Shown: positions 47,896 through 59,100, counted from the stretch's first letter. The stretch: DNA of 64,000 bases from a bacterium (GCA_036274695.1 DASUFF010000030.1:2510-66509); one strand, 5' to 3'. Notes: generated by a model not told the origin, from the letters alone. Numbers and translations: made by a program.

Positions 47896-48930
47896 ATGAA
47901 AAAGATTTCGAGATTCATCCGTGATTTTTTGTGGATCGTCGGGTCGCTGCTGACCGTGTCCGTCGCCGTTCTTCCGGCGCCGGCCCGGGCGGCGGATCCG
48001 GTGACCCTCTTCAACGTCTCCTACGACCCCACGCGCGAACTGTACGCCGACTACAACAAGGCCTTCTCGGCCTACTGGCAGTCCAAGGGCGGCGGGGCGG
48101 TCGACGTCAAACAATCCCACGGCGGGTCGGGCAAACAGGCCCGCGCCGTGATCGACGGGTTGGAGGCGGATGTCGTGACCCTGGCCTTGGCCTACGACAT
48201 CGACGCCATCGCCGATAAGTCCGGCCTTCTGCCGAAGGACTGGCAGGCGAAGCTCCCGAACAACAGCTCGCCCTACACGTCCACGATCGTCTTCCTCGTC
48301 CGCAAAGGGAATCCCAAGGCCATCAAGGATTGGGACGACCTGGTCAAGCCGGGCGTCGCAGTCGTAACGCCGAACCCGAAGACATCCGGAGGCGCCCGTT
48401 GGAATCTGCTCGCGGCCTGGGGTTACGCGCTCAAGAAATTCGGTAACGACGAGGGCAAAGCCAAGGACTTCGTGGCGGCCCTCTTCAAGAACGTGCCGGT
48501 GCTGGATTCCGGCGCACGCGGCTCGACCACGACCTTCGTCGGGCGCGGGATCGGCGACGTGCTGCTCGCCTGGGAAAACGAGGCCTTCCTCGCCGTCAAC
48601 GAACTGGGCAAGGACAAGTTCGAGATCGTCGTCCCGTCGGTGTCGATCCTGGCGGAGCCCCCGGTCGCGGTGGTGGAGAAGAATGCGGCCAAGCACAAGA
48701 CGGCCGATGCCGCCAAGGCGTACCTCGATTACCTCTACTCGACGGAGGGGCAGGAGATCGCCGCGAAGCATTACTACCGCCCGCGCGACGCCGCGGTCGC
48801 CGCGAAGTACGCTTCGAAATTCCCCAAGCTCAACCTGATCACCATCGACGAGGTTTTCGGCGGATGGAGCAAGGCGCAGCCGAAATTTTTCAATGACGGG
48901 GGCGTCTTTGATCAAATTTATGCGAAATAA
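47896..48930 (+). CDS. Sulfate/thiosulfate ABC transporter substrate-binding protein
   Basis: It has a signal peptide and Sbp/CysP blocks ([25 protein letters not shown]). Confidence 0.85.
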   Translation: MKKISRFIRDFLWIVGSLLTVSVAVLPAPARAADPVTLFNVSYDPTRELYADYNKAFSAYWQSKGGGAVDVKQSHGGSGKQARAVIDGLEADVVTLALAYDIDAIADKSGLLPKDWQAKLPNNSSPYTSTIVFLVRKGNPKAIKDWDDLVKPGVAVVTPNPKTSGGARWNLLAAWGYALKKFGNDEGKAKDFVAALFKNVPVLDSGARGSTTTFVGRGIGDVLLAWENEAFLAVNELGKDKFEIVVPSVSILAEPPVAVVEKNAAKHKTADAAKAYLDYLYSTEGQEIAAKHYYRPRDAAVAAKYASKFPKLNLITIDEVFGGWSKAQPKFFNDGGVFDQIYAK

Positions 48931-49729
48931 GAGCGTGATCCCGGGCTTCGGGCTCACGATGGGCTTCACGCTGCTCTATCTGAGCGTGATCGTCCTGATT
49001 CCGCTGGCGGCCCTCGTCTTCAAATCCTCGGGGCTCACTTGGCAGGCGTTCACGGAGGCCGTCGCGTCGCAGCGCGTGGCGGCCTCCTACCGCCTGACCT
49101 TCGGAACGTCGCTGGTGGCGGCGTTGATCAATGGCGTCTTCGGTTTTCTGGTCGCCTGGGTGCTGGTCCGGTATAAATTTCCGGGCAGAGGCTTCATCGA
49201 CATGTTGGTGGATCTTCCCTTCGCCCTTCCCACGGCGGTGGCGGGCATCGCGCTTACCACCATCTATTCCCAGAACGGGTTTTTGGGGAAACCTCTCGAA
49301 GCCATCGGGATCAAGGTGGCCTTCACTCCCGTCGGTATTACGGTGGCACTCATCTTCATCGGACTGCCGTTCGTGGTGAGGACGGTCCAGCCGGTCTTGC
49401 AGGCCCTCGATCCGGACGTGGAGGAGGCGGCCGTCTGCCTCGGCGCCACGCGGTGGCAGACATTTACCAAGGTGCTCTTGCCGGCCTTGTTGCCGGCGTT
49501 GCTCACGGGCGTGACCTCGGCCTTCGCGCGGGCGGTGGGTGAATACGGTTCCGTGGTTTTCATCGCCGGCAACATGCCGATGAAGACCGAGATCACGCCT
49601 CTGCTCATCATCACCAAGCTCGAACAATACGATTACGCCGGCGCGGCGGCCATCGCCGTCGTGATGTTGATCGTCTCCTTCTTCCTGCTCTTCCTGATCA
49701 GCCTCTTCCAGAAAATGGAGCGATCATGA
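48920..49729 (+). CDS. cysT: Sulfate ABC transporter permease CysT
   Basis: It has six TMs and the EAA loop [14 protein letters not shown]. Confidence 0.8.
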   Translation: MRNKSVIPGFGLTMGFTLLYLSVIVLIPLAALVFKSSGLTWQAFTEAVASQRVAASYRLTFGTSLVAALINGVFGFLVAWVLVRYKFPGRGFIDMLVDLPFALPTAVAGIALTTIYSQNGFLGKPLEAIGIKVAFTPVGITVALIFIGLPFVVRTVQPVLQALDPDVEEAAVCLGATRWQTFTKVLLPALLPALLTGVTSAFARAVGEYGSVVFIAGNMPMKTEITPLLIITKLEQYDYAGAAAIAVVMLIVSFFLLFLISLFQKMERS

Positions 49730-50559
49730 TCGCGTCGACGCCCAAGGTGACGGAGAGCCTGTTCGTACGGATCCTCCTGATCTTAGTCGCCCTTATTTTC
49801 CTCTCGCTCGTCCTGATCGTGCCCCTGGTCACCATTTTCAGCACGGGATTGGCCAAGGGGATCCAAGTTTACTGGGCCGCGATCACCGAGTCCGACGCGC
49901 GTTCGGCGATCTACCTGACGCTCACGGCCGCGGCGATTTCGGTGCCGTGCAACTTGGTCTTCGGCATCGCGGCCTCGTGGGCGATCGCCAAGTTCGATTT
50001 TACGGGCAAGAAGCTGCTCATGACGCTGATCGACCTGCCGCTCACCGTCTCTCCGGTCATCTCGGGCCTGATATTTGTGCTTTTGTTCGGGGCCCAGGGC
50101 CTCTTCGGCGGCGTGGTGTCGTGGCTGGACATCAAGATCCTCTTCGCCGTCCCCGGCATCGTCTTGGCGACGATCTTCGTCACCTTCCCCTACGTGGCGC
50201 GCTCGCTCATCCCTCTCATGCAGGTGCAAGGCAACGATCAAGAGGAGGCGGGGCTGACCCTAGGCGCGGGAGGATGGCGAACCTTCTGGCACATCACGTT
50301 GCCCAACATCAAATGGGGCGTCCTCTACGGCGTGATCCTGCTCAACGCGCGCGCCATGGGCGAGTTCGGCGCGGTCTCGGTCGTGTCGGGCCACATCCGC
50401 GGGATGACCAACACGATTCCGTTGCACGTGGAGATTCTTTATAACGAGTATCAATTCGTGGCCGCGTTCGCGATGGCGTCGATCCTGACGCTGTTGGCGG
50501 TGGTCACCCTGATCGCCAAGACTTATGTGAAATGGCGGACGGGCGAGGAGCAGGCATGA
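49726..50559 (+). CDS. cysW: Sulfate ABC transporter permease CysW
   Basis: It overlaps cysT by 4 bp. It has the EAA loop GAGGWRTFWHITLP. Confidence 0.8.
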   Translation: MIASTPKVTESLFVRILLILVALIFLSLVLIVPLVTIFSTGLAKGIQVYWAAITESDARSAIYLTLTAAAISVPCNLVFGIAASWAIAKFDFTGKKLLMTLIDLPLTVSPVISGLIFVLLFGAQGLFGGVVSWLDIKILFAVPGIVLATIFVTFPYVARSLIPLMQVQGNDQEEAGLTLGAGGWRTFWHITLPNIKWGVLYGVILLNARAMGEFGAVSVVSGHIRGMTNTIPLHVEILYNEYQFVAAFAMASILTLLAVVTLIAKTYVKWRTGEEQA

Positions 50560-51596
50560 GCATACGCGTCGAACATTTGGAAAAGCGCTTCAACGGCTTC
50601 CACGCCGTCAACGACGTCAGCTTTCGAGTGGCGGACGGCGAGTTCGTCACCCTCTTGGGGCCGTCGGGTTCGGGCAAATCGACGATCCTAAGGTGCATCG
50701 CGGGGTTGGAGGAGGCGAATTCAGGCCTCATCGAGATCAACGGGCAGAACGTGACTTACGTGCCCGTCCAGGAGCGCAAGATCGGTTTCGTCTTCCAGCA
50801 CTACGCCCTGTTCCGCCACATGTCGATCTTGGACAACGTGGCCTTCGGCCCGCGCGTGCGCGGAGCCGGCAAGAAGGAACGCCATGACAAGGCGCGCGAA
50901 TTGCTAAATCTGGTCGGCCTTTCCGGCATGGAGCATCGCAAGCCCTCGCAACTCTCCGGAGGCCAGCGCCAGCGCGTCGCCCTCGCGCGCGCCCTGGCTC
51001 CCGAGCCCCAGCTGTTGCTGCTCGACGAGCCCTTCGGGGCCTTGGACGCGCGGCTGCGCAAGGAATTGAGGGCGTGGCTCCGCGAGTTGCACAACCGGAT
51101 CAAGCTGACCTCCCTTTTGGTGACGCACGATCAGGACGAAGCGTTCGAATTATCCGACCGCGTGCTGGTGGTGAACGAAGGCAAGATCGAGCAGGAGGCG
51201 CATCCGCAGGAGATCTTCGACAAGCCGGCGACGGCCTTCGTGGCCTCGTTCGTCGGAGAGACCAATCACGTCGAAGGCATGGTGGACGAGGGGACGGTGG
51301 CCTGGGGGCCGTTCCGTTTCAAGGCGATCCACTTGAAGCAGGGGACGAGGGCCCGCGTCTTGTTCCGCCCGAACGACGTCTACGTGGCCTCCAAACGCGA
51401 GGACGGCGGCTGGCCGGGAACCATTCAGTCCGTGCAATTTCTAGGCGCGAGCGTTTCGCTGGCGATCCGCCTGGAAGACGGCTCGATCCTGAATGCGATG
51501 GTGCCGAAGGGCGTCGCCGACCAGAGCGGTTTCGAGCAGGGGAAGACCGTCTACACCCACATCACGCAGGCCCACGTCTTTCCGGCGACCGTTTAG
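50556..51596 (+). CDS. cysA: Sulfate ABC transporter ATP-binding protein CysA
   Basis: It has an ATGA overlap with cysW. It carries Walker A GPSGSGKST and signature LSGGQRQRVALARAL, with a C-terminal TOBE domain. Confidence 0.85.
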   Translation: MSIRVEHLEKRFNGFHAVNDVSFRVADGEFVTLLGPSGSGKSTILRCIAGLEEANSGLIEINGQNVTYVPVQERKIGFVFQHYALFRHMSILDNVAFGPRVRGAGKKERHDKARELLNLVGLSGMEHRKPSQLSGGQRQRVALARALAPEPQLLLLDEPFGALDARLRKELRAWLRELHNRIKLTSLLVTHDQDEAFELSDRVLVVNEGKIEQEAHPQEIFDKPATAFVASFVGETNHVEGMVDEGTVAWGPFRFKAIHLKQGTRARVLFRPNDVYVASKREDGGWPGTIQSVQFLGASVSLAIRLEDGSILNAMVPKGVADQSGFEQGKTVYTHITQAHVFPATV

Positions 51597-52255
51597 GTCC
51601 CGTTGCCGACGTTCACCTTATGGTATTTTTTCAGGGCCGCCGCGCTTTCGAGGATATTGTGGGCGGCGCGTTGGGCGGGGTCGTAAAAGTCCACCACCAA
51701 GTCCCAACCTGCCGGCCGGTATTTTCGCTCCAATTGCTGAACGAAAAAGTGACGTAAGGCGTAGGTGTCTTGGAGCCAGGATAGATTTTCATCCAATCCA
51801 AGGACGTTGATGCGGGAATCGTGATTTTCGTTGGAACCGAAGATTTTTTTCCAGCGGGTCACGCGGTCAAAGACGTTTTGCCGGGCTTGGCGGATTTGCC
51901 AAAGGTCATCCGCGGCGCGGCGTCCCATTTCCCCGGTTTCGCCGCTCAACCAGGCCGCTTTCTTGATCCAGAAATAGGTGTTCAGGGAGGGACCGTCTTT
52001 GCGGGAGACCTCGCTTTCCACGTTGGCCGGATCGAATCCCAAGGCCTTCAAAAGAGGCCCTTCTTTTTGCCTCATCCGCTCCAGATATTGGAGGGCACGC
52101 TCGGACGGAAGGAGGGGCGGGGTGGCGCTCGTCCTGCGGGAGGGCTCCGGCGGGGTCAGGGGCGAGAGCGTGATCTCGACGATCTGGAAGGATCCCCAGG
52201 CCAGGACATGGTTCAAGAGCTGCGTCTGCGCCGTGCTTAAACTCGCCGTCACCAT
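51593..52255 (-). CDS. Hypothetical protein, convergent with cysA
   Basis: A coding-like ORF. The start is uncertain (alternative at MRQKEG). No motif was recognised. Confidence 0.4.
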   Translation of the reverse strand: MVTASLSTAQTQLLNHVLAWGSFQIVEITLSPLTPPEPSRRTSATPPLLPSERALQYLERMRQKEGPLLKALGFDPANVESEVSRKDGPSLNTYFWIKKAAWLSGETGEMGRRAADDLWQIRQARQNVFDRVTRWKKIFGSNENHDSRINVLGLDENLSWLQDTYALRHFFVQQLERKYRPAGWDLVVDFYDPAQRAAHNILESAAALKKYHKVNVGNGT

Positions 52256-52364
52256 AAAGATGCGGCTAGGATCGTAATAAACTCCAAACGGTTGCGGGCT
52301 TTTACCGGGGCGCCCCGGAAAATCATAATGGACGAGGTTTGGCGCGATTTGTTAAGGAGGCGCT

Positions 52365-52934
52365 ATGGCACGCATCCTTATGATCGAACCGACGCCCAAC
52401 CCCATGGCCTTCAAGCTCCGCTTGGACCAGAAGGTCGCCGTCGGCGGCAGCAAGCAATACAACAAGAAGGAAGAATGCTGGGACATGCCCGTGGCCGGAA
52501 AGCTTTTCGACGTTCACGGCGTCGAATCCGTCTTCCTGATGGACGATTTCATCACGGTGACCAAGACCGTCGGCGGCATTTGGGACTACATCTTCTTCCA
52601 GGCCAACGAGATCCTGATGGCGGCCAAGGACATTGTGGCCATCAGAGTCGGGGAAGGCGGCGAGTTCAAGAATCTGGACTCGGATGAGTTCGACAAGCTG
52701 CCCAGCGACCAAAAACTTTCCTACATCGACCGCGTGATCGACGAGACCATCCGTCCGGGCCTGGCGCGCGACGGCGGCAATCTGAAGATTCTCGGCTTGG
52801 AAGAAAACATCCTGCGCGTCCAGTACCAGGGCGCCTGCGGCAGTTGCCCGAGCTCGACGGGCGCGACGCTGAATTACATTTCCAACATGCTTCAGAGCCG
52901 GGTGAGCCCGAATATCCAAGTCATTCCCGGATAA
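52365..52934 (+). CDS. Nfu/NifU-like Fe-S cluster scaffold (Nfu_N plus NifU C-terminal domain)
   Basis: It has a C-terminal CGSCPSS CxxC motif. The N-terminal Nfu domain is MIEPTPNPMAFKL. Confidence 0.75.
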   Translation: MARILMIEPTPNPMAFKLRLDQKVAVGGSKQYNKKEECWDMPVAGKLFDVHGVESVFLMDDFITVTKTVGGIWDYIFFQANEILMAAKDIVAIRVGEGGEFKNLDSDEFDKLPSDQKLSYIDRVIDETIRPGLARDGGNLKILGLEENILRVQYQGACGSCPSSTGATLNYISNMLQSRVSPNIQVIPG

Positions 52935-52942
52935 TTCCTTCC

Positions 52943-53554
52943 ATGACCAAGAAAGAAGCCTCGACCAAAGAGAAGATCCTGCTCGCGGCGGAAGATGAAT
53001 TCGCCGAGCAAGGCTTCGCCGGCGCGCGCACGCAGGAAATCGCCCGCAAGGCGCAGGTCAACAAGGCCCTCATCCATTACTATTATAAGGATAAGTCCTC
53101 CCTCTATCAGGCGGTGATGGATGAAATGATGTACGACCTGATCCGCATCAGCCAGGACGTGGCCAAGCGGAAGCTTACGGGCAAGGCGTTGGTGGAGGCC
53201 CTCGTTTCCGACTTTTTTGATTTCGCCGCGCGCCATCCGCATTTCGCCAAGCTCACCACCGCCGGTTCGACTATGGGGGATGCGAAGTATCTGGAGACCA
53301 GCATCAAGAACCTTTTTCGTCCGCTCTTTCAGCGTGGCGTCGAGTTTTTGGAAGAACACATGGAGAAGGGGGCGATCCGGAAGGTGGATGCGCCCCAGTT
53401 TCTCGTGTCGGCCTTGCTCCTGACGCTTTCTTACTTCGCCATGCAGCCGATGATCTCGCTGCTCTTAGGTAAGGATGCTGCCTCCAAAACAGCCTTGGAA
53501 CAGCGAAAGAAGTCGGTTCTGGATTTTGTCTTCGCTACGTTGGGGGTCCAATAA
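52943..53554 (+). CDS. TetR-family transcriptional regulator
   Basis: The HTH reads EKILLAAEDEFAEQGFAGARTQEIARKAQVNKALIHYYYKDK. Confidence 0.75.
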   Translation: MTKKEASTKEKILLAAEDEFAEQGFAGARTQEIARKAQVNKALIHYYYKDKSSLYQAVMDEMMYDLIRISQDVAKRKLTGKALVEALVSDFFDFAARHPHFAKLTTAGSTMGDAKYLETSIKNLFRPLFQRGVEFLEEHMEKGAIRKVDAPQFLVSALLLTLSYFAMQPMISLLLGKDAASKTALEQRKKSVLDFVFATLGVQ

Positions 53555-53578
53555 GGCCCATGTATGTTTAAGACATTG

Positions 53579-53962
53579 CTAGCCATGTAGTTTAACAGCC
53601 CCTATCGCAGCGACTTTCTGAAAAATCTGATCTCGCGTCAGCAAATACCCCTCTAAGTCTCGCGCGCACTGCGCGATGTGCGCATCCGGAATCGACATGG
53701 AAATTCCGTGACTCGCCGCTTGATGCCGCAGCCTTCCCACTGCGATCCAATGTTCCTCCGGCGTCGCGTGAAGCGGCAGCTCATGCAGGAATTCGGCAAG
53801 TTGCTTCTCTTCGTTTTTATTGTGAACCCCGCTGATCAACTCCGCCAGAACGATGGGAGAGAGGACAACCCGTCCTTCTTTTAGGGCGAGCTCCAGTTCA
53901 GGAAAGCTCTGCCCCCGAAAGAAATCGATCCAAACGGAGGTATCAACGAGGAGTACGTTCAC
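53579..53962 (-). CDS. vapC: PIN-domain toxin VapC
   Basis: The PIN N-terminus VLLVDTSVWIDFF is present with conserved acidic residues. Confidence 0.75.
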   Translation of the reverse strand: MNVLLVDTSVWIDFFRGQSFPELELALKEGRVVLSPIVLAELISGVHNKNEEKQLAEFLHELPLHATPEEHWIAVGRLRHQAASHGISMSIPDAHIAQCARDLEGYLLTRDQIFQKVAAIGAVKLHG

Positions 53963-54167
53963 GGAGGGTGTCGATGTCCAAGTCGAGATTGAGGCGACCC
54001 TTCAGGGCCATTCCTTTTTCGTAAGCCCGGCTGCGGCGGATCAGTTGAAGGCCCTGGATGAGAGTCTCGGTAATCCCTTGTCCCGTGGCCTCCAAGGCCT
54101 CTTCCAGAAGGTCTTCCGGGAGATTGGCGGTGATACGCCGAGCAGGATTTTTAATGTTTTTCGTCAT
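53943..54167 (-). CDS. vapB: VapB-type antitoxin
   Basis: It is about 74 aa and overlaps the vapC start by 20 bp. The N-terminus is small and helical, MTKNIKNPARRITANLPEDLLEEAL. Confidence 0.6.
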   Translation of the reverse strand: MTKNIKNPARRITANLPEDLLEEALEATGQGITETLIQGLQLIRRSRAYEKGMALKGRLNLDLDIDTLRERTPR

Positions 54168-54228
54168 GATAACTATACTAACAATGATATGTATCGTCGT
54201 CAATACGGCTCAGGATGCTAAGAATTAT

Positions 54229-54272
54229 CTTAACCGCTTGGATTAACCACTCAGATTAACCAAATAGTTAAC
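54229..54272. repeat. Tandem 13-bp repeat (ATTAACCnnnnnG, three copies plus a partial fourth) in the promoter region of the activase operon
   Basis: cTTAACCgcttgg / ATTAACCactcag / ATTAACCaaatag / TTAAC, then TTTTTT. Confidence 0.7.
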
Positions 54273-54357
54273 TTTTTTCTTGCCCCCCACGGGTATCCTG
54301 TGCCAATTTCCGTTCAATCTTAACCAACCAGTTAATCAACGAAATAGGGGGATTTTC

Positions 54358-56103
54358 ATGGAACCCACTCAGATCCAATCCGTTGACGAGATCATCCAGC
54401 AGCGTTTGGCCGAAAAGCGGAACGCCTTGATGGCCGAGGCGGGCTTGAAAAAGCCGGTGCATCACTTCGAGCGTCCCAAGGAAAACCCCTTCCTGAAATC
54501 CCAGCGCGGAACGACGAAGGTCCTCTTCGGCGGCCTCACGTGGAAACACGAAAAGCTGATCCAGGCCGCGTGGGAAGGCTTGGGCTACATCGCCGAACCG
54601 GTTGAAGTGCCGGACGTGAAGGCCTTCCAGTTGGGTAAGGAGTACGGCAACAACGGCCAGTGCAACCCGACCTACTTCACCGTCGGCAACCTCGTACAGC
54701 ATCTCCAAAAGCTGGAAGAGAAGGGGATGAGCAAGCAGGAGATCATCGACAAGCACATCTTCATCACAGCCGGGGCCTGCGGCCCTTGTCGGTTCGGCAT
54801 GTACGAGGCTGAGTATCGGCTCGCTCTCCGCAACTCCGGCTTCGACGGCTTCCGCGTCATCCTCTTCCAGCAGTCCGGCGGCTTGAACCAGTCCGACGCC
54901 GAGCAGGGCCTGGACATGAACCTCGATTTCTTCCTCGGCATCTTAAACGCCATGAACATGGGCGACCTGATCAACGACATCGCCTACCAGATCCGTCCCT
55001 ACGAGGTGACCAAGGGCGAGACCGACCGCGTCCTCGGCGAATGCATGGATTACCTGTTCGGCGTGATGAAGAACCACAAGCCGTTCAAGCTGGAAGGCAA
55101 GATCGCGAAGTTCCTGCGCGCGCTGCCCAGCGCGGCCTCGACCACGGAATACGTCGGTAAGTTCCTCTCGCAGCTTTTGGGCGACGAGTACGTGAAGGCT
55201 TTCGCGGAGGTCGGTCGCCGTTTCAACGCCATCGAGATCGACCGCACGCGCGCCAAGCCCATCGTCAAGATCACAGGCGAGTTCTGGGCCCAGACCACCG
55301 AGGGCGACGGCAACTTCAACATGTTCCCCTTCTTGGAAAAGGAAGGCGCCCAGGTTCTGGTGGAGCCGATCGGGACATGGATCATGTATATGATCCATCA
55401 GGTCGTCCAAAAATATAAGGACCAGAAGGGGCTCGAAGACGGGGCGACGTTGCCGTCCTGGAGCAAGTTCGGAAAGCGCCTGTCGATCGAGTCGAATTAC
55501 CGCAAGAAGGTGGCGAAGTTGAAAGTGGCCGAACGCATCTTCGAGCGCGAATGGAACCGCCTGCGCGGGGCCCTCGGAAACATGCCGCACGCGCTCGCCA
55601 ACCAGTACGAACTCCAGCGCGAAGGGCATCCGTATTACAACAGCCGCGCCGGCGGCGGCGAAGGCCACTTGGAAGTCGCTAAGAACATCTACTACTCGCA
55701 CAAGGACCTGGCCCACATGGTGTTGTCGGTCAAACCCTTCGGTTGTATGCCGTCCACCCAGTCGGACGGCGCGCAGGCCGCGGTCGTGTCTCAATATAAA
55801 GACATGATCTATCTGCCCATCGAGACCTCCGGTGAAGGCGCCGTCAACGCGCACAGCCGCGTGCAGATGGCCTTGGGCGAGGCCAAGTTCAAGTGCAAGG
55901 CCGAGTTCGCCGACGCGGTGAAGTCGACGGGCTATACGCTCCCCGAAATCCAGGAATACATCCAGGCTCATGCCGAGCTGAAGACGCCATTTTATCATGT
56001 GCCGCATTACAAGGGCATCGTGGGCGTGGCTGCGAGTTTCGTGAAGCACGTCGGCGAGCGGATGGCGAAGGACGGCGTGAAGGCGCAGGCGAAGGCGGCG
56101 TAA
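54358..56103 (+). CDS. Acyl-CoA dehydratase/activase-related protein (DUF2229/HgdB-like component, no ATPase domain)
   Basis: It is 581 aa. It carries the Cys-containing blocks FITAGACGPCRFGMYE and VKPFGCMPSTQSDGA. It is co-oriented with, and 70 bp upstream of, the fused activase gene. Confidence 0.6.
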   Translation: MEPTQIQSVDEIIQQRLAEKRNALMAEAGLKKPVHHFERPKENPFLKSQRGTTKVLFGGLTWKHEKLIQAAWEGLGYIAEPVEVPDVKAFQLGKEYGNNGQCNPTYFTVGNLVQHLQKLEEKGMSKQEIIDKHIFITAGACGPCRFGMYEAEYRLALRNSGFDGFRVILFQQSGGLNQSDAEQGLDMNLDFFLGILNAMNMGDLINDIAYQIRPYEVTKGETDRVLGECMDYLFGVMKNHKPFKLEGKIAKFLRALPSAASTTEYVGKFLSQLLGDEYVKAFAEVGRRFNAIEIDRTRAKPIVKITGEFWAQTTEGDGNFNMFPFLEKEGAQVLVEPIGTWIMYMIHQVVQKYKDQKGLEDGATLPSWSKFGKRLSIESNYRKKVAKLKVAERIFEREWNRLRGALGNMPHALANQYELQREGHPYYNSRAGGGEGHLEVAKNIYYSHKDLAHMVLSVKPFGCMPSTQSDGAQAAVVSQYKDMIYLPIETSGEGAVNAHSRVQMALGEAKFKCKAEFADAVKSTGYTLPEIQEYIQAHAELKTPFYHVPHYKGIVGVAASFVKHVGERMAKDGVKAQAKAA

Positions 56104-56172
56104 ATCCACCGCCCCCAACCCCCTCCTTAATAAGGAGGGGGATCAAAGGGGGAGGTAACGCGGAGACACACG

Positions 56173-59100
56173 ATGTCAGAAACCAAATTCCTAGTCGGCG
56201 TCGACGTCGGTTCCACCACGGTCAAGGCGGTCGTCGTTGAAGTGGCCACCGACAAGATGATCTGGAGCGACTACCAGCGTCACGAGACCAAGCAGCCGGA
56301 AAAGACCCTCGAGCTCTTGAAGGAGATCGAGGACAAGACCGGCGTCTGCGCCGGCAACACCCGGATGTTCATCACGGGCTCCGGCGGCGGGGGGATCGGC
56401 GCGCGGTTGGGCGCCAAGTTCGTCCAGGAAGTGAACGCGGTTTCGCTGGCGGTGGAAAAGCTTCATCCGGAGGTTCAGTCCGTCGTCGAGTTGGGCGGCC
56501 AGGACGCCAAGATGATCTTCTTCAAGGAGATCGAGGAATCCGGAAAAAAGAAAAAGATGCCGACGATGAACGATAAATGCGCCGGCGGCACGGGCGCCGT
56601 CATCGACAAGATCAACGCCAAGTTGCGCATCCCCTCGGAACAGCTCTGCCAATTGGGACACACGGGCATCAAGCTGCATCCCGTCGCCGGCAAGTGCGGC
56701 GTGTTCGCCGAGTCCGACATCAACTCGCTGCAGAAAATGGGCATTCCGAACGACGAGCTCATGGCGTCGCTGTTCGAATCCATCATCGTTCAAAACCTGT
56801 CGGTTTTGACTCGGGGCAATACCCTCAAGCCCACCGTCCTCCTGTTGGGCGGCCCCAATTGTTATATCAAGGGCATGAAGGAAGCCTGGCGGAACAACAT
56901 CCCCAAAATCTGGGAAGAGCGCGGCGTGGAAGTGCCGGACAAACCCATCGAAGAATTGATCAAGGTCCCGGAGAACGCCCAGTACTACGCGGCGTTGGGC
57001 GCCATCGAGTACGGCAAGACGGAGGACGAGGACATCGGCCAATACAAAGGCGCCGGCGAACTCGAGCACTACATCAAGGTCGGCCGTCAGGAAGAAATGG
57101 CGAAAAAGGCGGCCCAAAGCGGCGGCGGCAAGGGCTTGATCAAGGACGAAGCGGAGTTAAACGAATTCCTGGATCGCTATAAGAAGGAAAAATTCATCCC
57201 CACGACGTTCGAAGCGGGAACGGTGGTGGAGGGGTTCATCGGTTTGGACGGCGGTTCGACGTCGACCAAGGCCGTGCTCGTCAGCAAGGACAAGAAGATT
57301 TTGGCCAAGGCCTACCAGCTTTCGAAGGGCAATCCGATCCAGGACACCATCGAGGTCATCGGAAATCTGCAAAAAATGATCGAGGACCAGGGCTGCACGA
57401 TGAACGTCTTGGGCATCGGGACGACCGGTTACGCCAAGGACATCTTGAAGGATACTCTGAACGGCGACGCCGCCATCGTGGAAACGGTCGCGCACACGGA
57501 ATCCGCCCTGCATTTTTATCCGGATACGGACGTCATCGTCGACGTCGGCGGGCAGGACATCAAGGTGATGATCCTGAAGAACGGCCGCGTCAAAGACTTC
57601 AAGCTCAACACCCAGTGCTCCGCCGGCAACGGTTACTTTCTGCAGTCGACCGCCCAAGGCTTCGGCGTTCCCGTGGAAGATTTCGCCGCGAAGGCCTTCT
57701 CGGCGAAGACGTTCCCGGAATTCGGCTACGGCTGCGCCGTCTTCATGCAGTCCGACATCGTCGATTTTCAGCGCCAGGGTTGGAAGCCGGAAGAGATCAT
57801 GGCGGGACTCGCCAACGTGTTGCCGAAAAACATCTGGCTCTACGTCTCTCAGATCCCGAATCTGTCTTCGCTCGGCACCAAGTTCGTCCTGCAAGGCGGC
57901 ACCCAGCATAATATGGCGGCGGTCAAATCCCAGGTGGATTTCATCGAATCGCGCTTCAAGGACAAGGGGCTCAAGCCCGACGTCGTCGTTCACAAGCACT
58001 GCGGCGAGGCCGGGGCCATCGGCGCCGGCATCGAAGCCGCGCGCCTTTACGCCAACGGGCATCGCACGAAGTTTATCGGGTTGGACCGCGTGAAGGAGAT
58101 CACCTACCGCACCACCCGCAGCGAAGAGACGCGATGTTACTTCTGCAAGAACAAGTGCCTGCGCACGTTTATCGACGTGAAGACGAAGAGCACGACGGAG
58201 ATTAAGGCGGAAGACGTGCCGGTGTTCAAGTCGAAGGTGCCGCTGGAGCCGGGAGAGAATCGGATCATCATCGCCACCTGCGAAAAGGGCACGGTCGAGG
58301 ACGTCAACGCCATGCGCGGCATCAAGAAGGGGCTGGACGCCATCAAGGAGAAGAACCCCAACATGGTCCACTGGGCCGCGGAGAACGTTTGGAAGTCGTT
58401 CAAGCCGCCCTTGGTGGCAGACGCGATCCCGGAAAAGATCAAGAACGATAAGATGAAGGCGCGCGTCGAGCTTATGAAGCGTCGCGCCGAGCTGAAAATC
58501 GGCATCCCGCGCGTGCTCAATCAGTATTCGACGAACCCGTTGTTCACGGCCTACTTCGAATCGCTGGGGATCCAGCCGCAGAACATCGTCTATTCCGACT
58601 TCACCGACGAGAAGCTCTACAAGGACGGCGCCAAGCGCGGCGCGATTGATCCGTGCTTCCCGTCCAAGGTCGGTATCCCGCACGTGCACAATCTGCTCTT
58701 CACGCAGCACGAGAAGAAGAAGCTCGATTACATCTTCTTTCCGATGATCGACGATTTGCTCACGCCCTTGAAGAACGTCCAGGCCAGCCGCGCCTGCCCG
58801 ACCGTCACCGCGACGCCGGAGGCCGTGAAGGCCGCGTTCACCAAGGAAGGCGACATCTTCGCGGAAAAGGGGATCAAGTACCTTGACACCTTCGTGAACG
58901 TCGGTACGCCGAAACTCTTCGAACGCCAGATGTTCGAGCAGTTCGTGGATATCCTCGGGCTCTCGCCCGAGGAGAACGCCCGCGCCGTCGCCGAAGGCTA
59001 CAAGGCTTTGAAGGCTTTCGACGATACGCAGCGGATCATGGGACGCGAGACCATCGAAATGTTGGAAAAGGAAAACCGCCTCGGCGTCGTCTTGCTCGGC

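Noticed and set aside
46618-47924. Long alternative-frame ORFs over the porin gene (46618..47814 minus, 46659..47924 plus)
   Set aside because: The porin frame has a signal peptide, a C-terminal Phe and OprP-like blocks. The alternatives are Arg/Gly-rich shadows.
54280-54330. Sigma-54-type promoter (GG-N10-GC) upstream of the activase operon
   Set aside because: The candidate CACGGGTATCCTGTGCCA has 9 or 8 nt between GG and GC, not 10. The spacing does not fit TGGCAC-N5-TTGC.
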